From Nostoc sp. PCC 7120 = FACHB-418 (GTDB lineage: Bacteria; Cyanobacteriota; Cyanobacteriia; Cyanobacteriales; Nostocaceae): a stretch of 32,000 bases of DNA. Location of the stretch: assembly GCF_000009705.1 (NCBI RefSeq), contig NC_003272.1, forward strand, positions 2,040,001 through 2,072,000, read 5' to 3'. The position numbers were made by a program, and so were the translations under genes. Each line of letters opens with the position of its first letter. The stretch's first letter is position 1. The notes below the pieces were generated by a model. The model made no database searches, was not told where the DNA came from, and saw only the letters and a list, made by a program, of their open reading frames with translations. Positions 24,301 to 32,000 of this stretch are shown here, in pieces.

Positions 24301-25596
24301 AAATGGGGGATCACTGATCAAGTTTTGTCTGGCGAAAATACACAGTTCCCGCACTGGTTTACTAATTTGGTAACCACCTTCTACCTGCACAAAGAAGCGC
24401 TGTAGACGTTCTGGAGAGACATCTGCTACCTCGCTAGGTTTGTAAACGCCGATTCTAGCTTTCTCAATCGCCACTTCATTTATATCAGTGGCAAAAATAT
24501 TAATGGGTGTATTGGCGACTTTATCTGCCAAAAATTCTAGTAAGCATATAGCCATAGAGTAGGCTTCTTCACCAGTTGAACATCCTGCTACCCAGATACG
24601 GATGGGTGAATCCGGCGTACGATTCTTAGTAATAATGGGAAAGACATTAGTCTTTAAGGCTTCAAAGGCTTCGGGGTCTCGGAAAAACCCTGTCACCTTG
24701 ATTAATAAATCTTGATATAATGCCAGCACTTCCGCCTGATTATTTTGCAGATACTGGGCGTAATCCTCCAGCTTTTCCAGTTTGTACAACATCATTCGTC
24801 GCTGGATGCGCCGCTTGAGGGTAGTCTGCTTGTAATAGGTAAAGTCAACCCCGGTAGCAGCCCGTAGCAGACTAAAGATGATGGAGAGTGAATCAGTACC
24901 TTCCGGCATGATGTCAACCTGTTTGCTGGGTGTTGGATGATTAACATAGGGATGAGAACTGATATTTGCCAATTCCTCGGCAATTTTTTGGGGGGTGAGG
25001 ATAAAGTCTACATGACCAGAAGCTACGGCTGTATTTGGCATACTACTGACTTTGGCTGATTCCTCGCACTGGGCAAAGGTAATACCACCCGCCGCCTTGA
25101 TTGTTTCTAGTCCCCGTGCGCCATCGGAATCGCCCCCTGATAAAATCACGCCAATGGCTCTGTTTCCCCGATCCTCTGCTAAGGAAATCAAGAAACTATC
25201 GACTGTCATCGATACACCCCGGATCTTTTCCAGAGGTATCAGTTTTAGTACCCCTTGAGCAATGGTCATTCTGGTATTGGGAGGAATGACGTAAACATGA
25301 TTTGGTTCCACCGCCATCCCCTCCTGTACTTCTGATACAGGCATTTGGGTTGTTCGGGAAAGAATCTCCGTCAATAAGCTTTTTTGATGGGGGCTGAGGT
25401 GCTGAACTAAGACTAATCCCATACCAGTATCAGTTGGCAAATGACTCAGCAATTCTGTGAAAGCCTCTAATCCTCCCGCCGAGGCTCCTATACCAACAAT
25501 GGGAAACAATTCTTCCTGGTTACCCTTTTGCTCTTCAGAGGCTTTAGCGGTTGAAGTATTGGGTTGAGATTTCTTGGAAGGCCGCCTAGAGTCCAT
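21373..25596 (-). CDS. Multidomain signalling protein: CheB methylesterase - CheR methyltransferase - PAS - coiled coil - PAS/PAS - HisKA/HATPase - REC (hybrid sensor kinase)
   Basis: 1407 aa. CheB-like segment: IVGIGASAGGLEAF...VILSGGDSDG. CheR-like SAM-binding segment: IWVAGCSTGEEAYS...DLITCRNVLIYL. NEEL-repeat coiled coil: SSNEELQSTNEELETAKEEIQATNEELNTINEEL. H-box SHELRNPLN. G-boxes DTGAGI and GLGLGLSIV. REC: VLIVDDEPD...LLSDIGLPEEDG. Confidence 0.9.
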   Translation of the reverse strand: MDSRRPSKKSQPNTSTAKASEEQKGNQEELFPIVGIGASAGGLEAFTELLSHLPTDTGMGLVLVQHLSPHQKSLLTEILSRTTQMPVSEVQEGMAVEPNHVYVIPPNTRMTIAQGVLKLIPLEKIRGVSMTVDSFLISLAEDRGNRAIGVILSGGDSDGARGLETIKAAGGITFAQCEESAKVSSMPNTAVASGHVDFILTPQKIAEELANISSHPYVNHPTPSKQVDIMPEGTDSLSIIFSLLRAATGVDFTYYKQTTLKRRIQRRMMLYKLEKLEDYAQYLQNNQAEVLALYQDLLIKVTGFFRDPEAFEALKTNVFPIITKNRTPDSPIRIWVAGCSTGEEAYSMAICLLEFLADKVANTPINIFATDINEVAIEKARIGVYKPSEVADVSPERLQRFFVQVEGGYQISKPVRELCIFARQNLISDPPFSRLDLITCRNVLIYLGATVQKKLLPIFHYGLKSTGFLMLGTSETVGEFFDLFNLVDRKNKIYSRKIAPARLGIDFISQNYPLEAFNPQPKINEDVLNNQEMQKEADRIVLNQYAPVGVIVNDDLEILQFRGQTSSYLQPAPGRPSFNLLKMAKEELRLELRTAIHQAKKQEMSVRKEGIELREGEQVRQVRIDAIPFQLTAGGERYFLVLFEDMPPSVTAAPQAASKNPNVSSRQRQQMNDEQEINRLGQELATTKEYLQSIIEEQQATNQDLRAANEEILSSNEELQSTNEELETAKEEIQATNEELNTINEELQRRNVESNQVSNDLQNLLSSINIPILMLGGDMRIRRFTPTAGRIFNLIVTDIGRPLSDINHKLTIPDLEAQILEVVGTLNLKTQEVQDNDGHWYDLRIRPYRTIDHKIDGAVVVLVDIDALKRSTEELRASKDYAEAIVATIRESLVILDIDLQVITANQFFYEKFQVTPEETEHHLIYEIGDGQWNIPQLRSLLEDVLPQQTQFQNLEVEHNFERIGQKIMRLNARKMTLLDNRRMILLVIEDITQQKQLEAERTHLLAQEQSARNAAEAANHAKDEFLSILSHELRNPLNSMLGWANLLRTHQLEEVTVNQGLEAIERSAQAQNHLISDLLDVSRISSGRLRMDAQEVELIPVIEAAIAVVRLAAEAKNIQIETKLDPTHTPMLGDPIRLQQVIWNLLSNAIKFTPTKGRIDVTLEYTYFQAQIQVKDTGAGIKADFLPYVFERFRQADGTRTRSNQGLGLGLSIVRHLVELHGGTVEVESQGEGQGSTFTIKLPVQANRKENPVATVQEPVTLTNVPEIPTDNLPSLEGVRVLIVDDEPDIRLLFKLVLEEYGVKVTEVASAREALSKLRENPGCYDILLSDIGLPEEDGYLLMRQVRALSAEEGGQIPAAALTAYAGDSEYTQALAAGFQTHIAKPIEPYQLVSLVASLAGRVRGV

Positions 25597-25770
25597 GAGT
25601 TTAGCCGAAATAATTCGACGTGTTTAGTGATAATTGGGGAAATTTGCTGTGTCTATGTTTACTGTATCGAAATGTTAACGCGATACAGTGAATTTGGCTA
25701 TTCGATTTTGTAATGAATAACCAAATTCTTACTTTAGAGGATGTTTGAAAAGTATTATTACTAACATCAA

Positions 25771-25848
25771 AATCTTAAAAACTTAACCCCATTCCCTGTG
25801 GGGAATGGGGGCTTTAAAGCCTATCCCCGTTGCCTAACGGGGATAGGC
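25771..25848 (-). terminator. Tandem GC-rich hairpins followed by a U-rich tract on the minus strand; probable ligA terminator
   Basis: Hairpin A is 25819-25848 (13-bp stem GCCTATCCCCGTT/AACGGGGATAGGC, 4-nt loop). Hairpin B is 25787-25810 (10-bp stem CCCCATTCCC/GGGAATGGGG). On the minus strand these are followed by TTAAGTTTTTAAGATT (25771-25786). Confidence 0.5.
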
Positions 25849-25850
25849 TG

Positions 25851-25996
25851 CTACTGTGTACATACAAGTCTGATCAACCTTGCTCCATAACGTTTCGATC
25901 CCCCCTAACCCCCCTTAAAAAAGGGGGAAAAAGAATCAAAGTCCCCCTTTTTAAGGGGGATTTAGGGGGATCGAATAACTTGTGTGTACACCGTAG
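25851..25996. mobile_element. 146-bp MITE with 19-bp terminal inverted repeats (17/19 match), flanked by a perfect 10-bp direct duplication GGATAGGCTG
   Basis: Left TIR is CTACTGTGTACATACAAGT (25851-25869). Right TIR is ACTTGTGTGTACACCGTAG (25978-25996). The duplication lies at 25841-25850 and 25997-26006. The core carries the Nostocales-type palindrome GATCCCCCCTAACCCCCCTTAAAAAAGGGGG ... CCCCCTTTTTAAGGGGGATTTAGGGGGATC. The 25830..26027 ORF is a by-product of this repeat. Confidence 0.7.
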
Positions 25997-26136
25997 GGAT
26001 AGGCTGGGAGAGCGGCTCTTAGTATAATTTTCGACTTTTAAAACATCCTCTTAGGAAGAGGAAAAATTTTAATTTAGTTTATTTGGTTGATGTAGACCCG
26101 ATATCTAGAGTTCAATGCTTAAAATATCCTTAGTCT

Positions 26137-28188
<2,052 letters not shown>

Positions 28189-28390
28189 CTAGCGGATAAA
28201 ATATAAAGACGATAAAACCTGCCAGTAGCAGGCTTGTGATACTAAACCCTAGATTAATAGTCTGTGGTTCAGCTTTTAAATAAAAAATACCTACATTTCT
28301 AGGTTACTCAGTTTAATACAAAAAATTGCAGGTAATAGCTAATTGATAAGCCATTACGCTTTTAAATTACATAGTCACTTGTATGGTTTG

Positions 28391-28425
28391 TTGACGGTTA
28401 ACTGTCAACTGTTAACAGCCAACAC
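28391..28425. repeat. STRR-like tandem heptamers (TTGACGG TTAACTG TCAACTG TTAACAG CCAACAC)
   Basis: Five in-phase 7-nt units read directly in the ligA upstream intergenic region. Confidence 0.5.
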
Positions 28426-28784
28426 AAAAAGAACTGCAAGTTAAATACGCGACAGCTTAATGGATAATCGGTAATGAATCAGAAGACTAAATCTACCATC
28501 AGCTTGTAAATTGGGTTAATAAGAGCCATAACCGCAGATATCAGCAGAGAACTCTTCATTTCAGCTACTCATTAATATTAGCCTCTGGTCTCTAGTTCTT
28601 TTGTCGGTCTATTTAAAATTAGTAACTTCGGTTATATGTCAAAAGTTGAGGCTCAATCATAAATTATTCCCACTAATGGGACATGAAGGTCACTAAATTA
28701 CTTGGCTAAATTGATAACGAATCATATAAAGATTTTCACTGGCTGAAAAGTCAACAAATCTGCTTAGTAACAAGGAGCAAGATT

Positions 28785-29153
28785 ATGTCAGATACAAGTA
28801 AACGTGGCTTTGCTTCTATGGATGAAGACAAGCAACGTGAAATCGCCAGCAAAGGCGGACAGGCTGCTCATGAAAAAGGTACTGCTCACGAATTTACCCC
28901 CGAAGAAGCTCGTGAAGCTGGACGCAAAGGCGGAGAAGCTGTTAGCCAAGACAGAGAACACATGGCGGAAATCGGCCGTGAGGGCGGTAAACATTCTCAT
29001 GGTGGTGGACGCAAGAAACAAGGTGGCGAAGAAAGCGAAGACACCGAAGAAATTGAAGATAGCGGCGAAGAAACGCAAACTCGTGGTGGTACACCCGAAC
29101 AGCACTCTGAAGCCGGAAAGCAAAGCCATAAAAATACCAAGAAGAAAAAATAG
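28785..29153 (+). CDS. KGG-repeat general stress protein (YciG/con-10-like)
   Basis: 122 aa, highly charged, with repeats SKGGQAAHEKG, RKGGEAVSQD and REGGKHSHGGG. AAGGAG lies upstream. The two other ORFs over the same DNA (28788..29129 minus, 28804..29169 plus) are frame artefacts of GAA/AAG-rich sequence. Confidence 0.8.
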   Translation: MSDTSKRGFASMDEDKQREIASKGGQAAHEKGTAHEFTPEEAREAGRKGGEAVSQDREHMAEIGREGGKHSHGGGRKKQGGEESEDTEEIEDSGEETQTRGGTPEQHSEAGKQSHKNTKKKK

Positions 29154-29220
29154 CTTTTGTTTAACTTAATGGCTTGATAGTTTCTTCGTGATAGTTCAAT
29201 CCGGTTCAGTTAAGAGAATA

Positions 29221-29295
29221 GTAGGTTGGTTGTAGCGATAGCGTAACCCAGCACAGACTTGAGAATGTTGGGTTCCGTTCCTCCACCCAACCTAC
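29221..29295. repeat. Long imperfect palindromic repeat (GTAGGTTGG ... CCAACCTAC) of the Nostocales GTAGGTTGGGT type. It may also terminate the KGG gene.
   Basis: Outer arms are 29221-29229 and 29287-29295. Inner arms are TAACCCAGCA (29244-29253) and TGTTGGGTT (29266-29274). A T6 run follows at 29306-29311. Confidence 0.5.
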
Positions 29296-29593
29296 ACTGG
29301 TCTAATTTTTTAGGCTTAGAGACTATTTATAAAGTAAATCTTTAGGCAACAAGACGACGTAGCATAATCCTAGTCATAACAGCATATATGGCTGCTTCAC
29401 TCATTTCAGGAATAAGTATATGTTTTAGATTATGGTTTATGAGTTTTTTTAAGGCACTAAACTATAAAAAACAAGAAATAGTCTCGACCGGGCAATAAAG
29501 CTACTCCACATTGGCTGTCAAAATCATTGATAAGTCTCGGCTGTACAAATAAAAGTAAGAAATTCGGGACGGGATTTTCTTAGTTTGAGGTTT

Positions 29594-29911
29594 TTAATAC
29601 AGCACACTGTTTAACCCACGATTCTTTACCAAGTGCAGTAGCTTAAGAGATGCTCCACTAGGCCGCTTTTGTCCTATTTCCCACTTTTGAACTGTTGAAG
29701 TACTTATATTCAAAATACGTGCGAAAACAGCTTGACTGACTTGAGATGATTCCCGTATTTCTTTAATTTGTAATGGTTCTAGAGGCTCAATAGGAGGTAG
29801 ACATAGGTGTTCAAATTCGCGCAATGTAGTTTGATTCATTAGCCCAGCTTTGTGTAGGTCTTCTGCTGTCTCATGAACTGCTTCAAGAATTGCTGATTTC
29901 TTCTTCCGCAT
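29594..29911 (-). CDS. XRE-type HTH antitoxin (COG2944/HigA-like)
   Basis: 105 aa. HTH: IKEIRESSQVSQAVFARILNISTSTVQKWEIGQKRPSGASLKLL. GAGGTGAGG lies upstream of the ATG. The gene is immediately downstream of the toxin reading frame. Confidence 0.8.
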   Translation of the reverse strand: MRKKKSAILEAVHETAEDLHKAGLMNQTTLREFEHLCLPPIEPLEPLQIKEIRESSQVSQAVFARILNISTSTVQKWEIGQKRPSGASLKLLHLVKNRGLNSVLY

Positions 29912-29917
29912 TACAAA

Positions 29918-30282
29918 TCACCTCACCTCTATTAACGCATTACTATTTTTTGCCTGCTCAAGCTCTTCTGGTGTATGAGCAAGTAATTGCTTGGATAACA
30001 TTTTCAGAGCTTCTTCTTCATATGAGTCAATGTTACTGCGTTCGTTTTTTGAAAAGCCAAAAATAAAAAACCAACATCTTCATTATTAGTAGCTATTAGT
30101 GTCCGAAATCCACCACTCTTACCTTTCCCTGGTTTTGCTATGCGTTTTTTAAACAGTCCACCTCCCAGGTCAGCATCATAAAGCCCTGGTGCCATTTCGT
30201 TTACAGCGTTACAGAGACTAAGATTTTTTAATCCTTCCTTTCGCGCCCAACGGTCAAAAGTACGGTTTTTGTAAATTTTCAT
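29918..30282 (-). pseudogene. RelE/HigB-like type II toxin (COG4737/DUF1044-like) interrupted by a 1-nt frameshift in a homopolymer
   Basis: The annotated ORF (30004..30282) ends ...LAFQKTNAVTLTHMKKKL*. Shifting frame at the A6 run (T6 on the + strand, 30045-30050) restores ...AFQKNERSNIDSYEEEALKMLSKQLLAHTPEELEQAKNSNALIEVR*, with TGA at 29918-29920, 6 nt before the antitoxin ATG. The span is 365 nt, one short of 122 codons. Confidence 0.7.
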
Positions 30283-30300
30283 TTTTTAGTCTCTCTGGTT

Positions 30301-30327
30301 AAAGTATAGCACCTAGTCCTATACTTT
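30301..30327. promoter_or_regulatory. Candidate operator/promoter of the toxin-antitoxin operon
   Basis: Perfect 9-bp inverted repeat AAAGTATAG (30301-30309) / CTATACTTT (30319-30327) with a 9-bp spacer, 19-45 bp upstream of the toxin ATG. The promoter-proximal arm contains a TATACT -10-like hexamer on the minus strand. Confidence 0.4.
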
Positions 30328-30403
30328 AGGCTAAAAATAGCATAGGGGATATCCAAAAAATAAATCTCCCCCTAACTGCTCATCAAATTGAGCTTTACTT
30401 GTA

Positions 30404-30425
30404 AATAAACGAATGTTCGTTTATT
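30404..30425. promoter_or_regulatory. Candidate TetR operator overlapping the tetR promoter spacer
   Basis: Perfect 10-bp inverted repeat AATAAACGAA tg TTCGTTTATT. It is embedded between TTGTAA (30399-30404) and TATTAT (30422-30427), which have 17-bp spacing. The ATG is at 30435. Confidence 0.5.
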
Positions 30426-30434
30426 ATAGTAACT

Positions 30435-31007
30435 ATGAGGCATAAAGACAATAAAAAAAATCAAGCCATCTGTGATGCGGCAATCGAACTGATTACTGCC
30501 AATGGTTTTGCTGACACTTCGATGTCGAAAATTGCCAAAGCCGCGAATGTTTCGCCAGCGACGATATATGTCTATTTTGAAAACAAAGAAAAGCTTCTCA
30601 ATAAAATATATTTGTTCGTGAAGCAGGAAATAAGTGCAGAAATTTTAAAAGGTGTCAACCAGAACCTATCAGTGGAGAAAGCCTTTAAAATGATCTGGAA
30701 TAATTATTATAAATACGCGATTAAAAATCCGGTCAGATTTGCTTTTACGGAGCAATTTGCTAATTCCCCAATGGTTGACCGCATTTGCAAAGATGAAAGT
30801 TTGAGCTATTTTAAGCCAATGCTAGATTTGTTCAATCGCGGTAAAGAAGAGAAAGTTTTTAAGGATATTCCCCTGGAAATTTTTACCGCTTTTACCTTTG
30901 CGCCTCTGACTGGATTGATAAAAGAGCATTTTAGTGGTGCTTTGATTTTGGACGAAAAAATGTTAGAAACCACCTATAAAATTGCATGGGATGCAGTAAC
31001 GAATTAA
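30435..31007 (+). CDS. TetR/AcrR family transcriptional regulator
   Basis: 190 aa. N-terminal TetR HTH: ICDAAIELITANGFADTSMSKIAKAANVSPATIYVYFENKEKLL. Confidence 0.9.
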   Translation: MRHKDNKKNQAICDAAIELITANGFADTSMSKIAKAANVSPATIYVYFENKEKLLNKIYLFVKQEISAEILKGVNQNLSVEKAFKMIWNNYYKYAIKNPVRFAFTEQFANSPMVDRICKDESLSYFKPMLDLFNRGKEEKVFKDIPLEIFTAFTFAPLTGLIKEHFSGALILDEKMLETTYKIAWDAVTN

Positions 31008-31024
31008 TTCTTTTTTCGAGTACA

Positions 31025-31044
31025 TTAAACGAATATTCGATTAA
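31025..31044. promoter_or_regulatory. Second candidate TetR operator, upstream of the SDR gene
   Basis: TTAAACGAATATTCGATTAA is a 20-bp palindrome with one mismatched pair. It shares the core AAACGAATnTTCG with the site at 30404-30425. Confidence 0.45.
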
Positions 31045-31068
31045 TTAATTAGGAGAAGAGTAAATCAA

Positions 31069-32000
31069 ATGAAAAATGAAAAATGGAACGCTGAAAATAT
31101 TCCTCCTCAAAAAGGAAGACTAGCAATTGTAACGGGTTCAAGCAGTGGCATCGGTTACGAAACGGCGCGGGTTTTAGCTAATAAACAAGCGTCTGTAATC
31201 ATTGCGGTTCGCAATTTGGACAAAGGAAACAAGGCACTGGCAAAAATCCTTCAACAGAATAAAGATGCCGACGTAAAGTTGATGGAACTTGATTTGGCGA
31301 ATTTAGCATCAGTTAAAAATTTCGCTGAAAACTTTCGGAAAAATTATTTGCGTCTGGATTTACTGATTAATAATGCGGGTGTGATGATTCCGCCGTATTC
31401 AAAAACGACGGATGGTTTTGAATTGCAGTTCGGCACTAATCATCTCGGACATTTTGCTTTGACGGGACAACTTTTAGAATTTTTGATTAGCACCGAAGGC
31501 TCTCGAATCGTTAATGTTTCGAGCGGCGCACATAATATGGGCAAGATAGATTTCGATGATTTGAATTGGGAGCAGAGAAGTTATGCTAAATGGAAAGCTT
31601 ACGGCGACAGCAAACTTGCCAACCTCTACTTTACCTACGAACTCGACCGAAAACTAAAAGATAACGGTATCGACACACTTGTAACCGCCTCGCATCCGGG
31701 CTGGACTGCAACCGAATTGCAGAGAACTGCGGGTGGCATTGTGAAATATCTCAACGGCATCGTTGCTCAAGACATCACAATGGGTGCGTTACCGACTCTG
31801 CGGGCGGCAATCGAAGCAGGCTTAAAAGGCGCAGAATATTTCGGCCCCAATGGGTTTATGGAAATGCGCGGCTATCCAATAAAAGTCGAATCAAACGAGT
31901 TATCCAAAGACCAAGCACTCGCCAAAAAACTATGGGTTGTATCGGAAAAACTAACCGATGTGAAATTTGAATTTAATAAAAAGGCGCAAAGCGCGGGCAA
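31069..32000 (+). CDS. Short-chain dehydrogenase/reductase (SDR) family oxidoreductase. The 3' end lies beyond the window.
   Basis: Not in the ORF track because no stop is reached. ATG is at 31069, with AGGAGA at 31051-31056. Translation gives MKNEKWNAENIPPQKGRLAIVTGSSSGIGYETAR... (TGxxxGIG), NNAG, and the catalytic S...YxxxK (YGDSKLAN). The frame is open to 32000. Confidence 0.85.
   Translation, partial: MKNEKWNAENIPPQKGRLAIVTGSSSGIGYETARVLANKQASVIIAVRNLDKGNKALAKILQQNKDADVKLMELDLANLASVKNFAENFRKNYLRLDLLINNAGVMIPPYSKTTDGFELQFGTNHLGHFALTGQLLEFLISTEGSRIVNVSSGAHNMGKIDFDDLNWEQRSYAKWKAYGDSKLANLYFTYELDRKLKDNGIDTLVTASHPGWTATELQRTAGGIVKYLNGIVAQDITMGALPTLRAAIEAGLKGAEYFGPNGFMEMRGYPIKVESNELSKDQALAKKLWVVSEKLTDVKFEFNKKAQSAG

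Noticed and set aside
25830-26027. 65-aa ORF (…PLKKGGKRIKVPLFKGDLGGS…)
   Set aside because: It has a TTG start and is encoded entirely by the MITE and its flanking hairpin. The peptide is simply the translation of the GGGGG/CCCCC palindrome.
28788-29169. Two additional ORFs (113 aa on the minus strand, 121 aa on the plus strand) overlapping the KGG stress-protein gene
   Set aside because: They are frame artefacts of the purine-rich GAA/AAG repetitive coding sequence. Only the 28785..29153 frame gives the KGG-repeat family pattern and has an AAGGAG ribosome-binding site.
29388-29498. 36-aa hydrophobic small ORF (MAASLISGISICFRLWFMSFFKALNYKKQEIVSTGQ) near the TA locus, which could be imagined as a type I toxin-like peptide
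   Set aside because: There is no Shine-Dalgarno, no obvious promoter or antisense RNA partner, and it lies in AT-rich DNA where such ORFs arise by chance. It is worth revisiting only if ribosome profiling shows translation.

Overview
The window looks like chromosomal DNA from a filamentous, heterocyst-forming cyanobacterium (Nostoc/Anabaena-like). Three things support this. I counted about 20 copies of the HIP1 octamer GCGATCGC by eye. There are five tandem-heptamer (STRR-type) tracts. There are also several small palindromic or MITE-like repeats in AT-rich intergenic DNA.

I can support 22 protein-coding genes, two of them cut by the window edges, plus one frameshifted toxin gene. In order they are:
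- the 3' end of a gene with an RGG-like basic tail
- a COG1900/DUF39 homocysteine-biosynthesis-type gene
- an RsbW-like anti-sigma kinase translationally coupled to a REC-GAF-PP2C phosphatase
- a NarL/LuxR response regulator
- a WecB/TagA/CpsF glycosyltransferase
- ftsE
- two uncharacterised genes
- an alpha/beta-fold protein that appears to lack the catalytic Asp and His
- a strikingly low-GC 904-aa putative outer-membrane beta-barrel gene
- an MFS transporter
- an 856-aa fusion of a large unknown domain to a CPBP/Abi intramembrane protease
- a Mo-nitrogenase-C-terminal-domain protein and a DUF861 cupin
- a PAP2 phosphatase
- a 1407-aa CheB-CheR-PAS-histidine kinase-REC protein
- ligA
- a KGG-repeat stress protein
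- a HigB/RelE-like toxin (frameshifted) with an intact HTH antitoxin
- a TetR regulator and a downstream SDR oxidoreductase

I saw no rRNA, tRNA, CRISPR array, transposase or integrase. I found no compelling evidence for a complete new multi-gene system. The best leads are:
- the compositionally foreign giant OMP-like gene
- the CPBP fusion
- an orphan promoter-plus-terminator unit that could encode an sRNA
- direct repeats flanking the two-gene Mo-nitrogenase-C/cupin unit
- a MITE with a target-site duplication inserted into the ligA terminator
- the homopolymer-frameshifted toxin
- paired palindromic operators for the TetR-SDR unit

All family assignments come from motif recognition by eye, not from searches.
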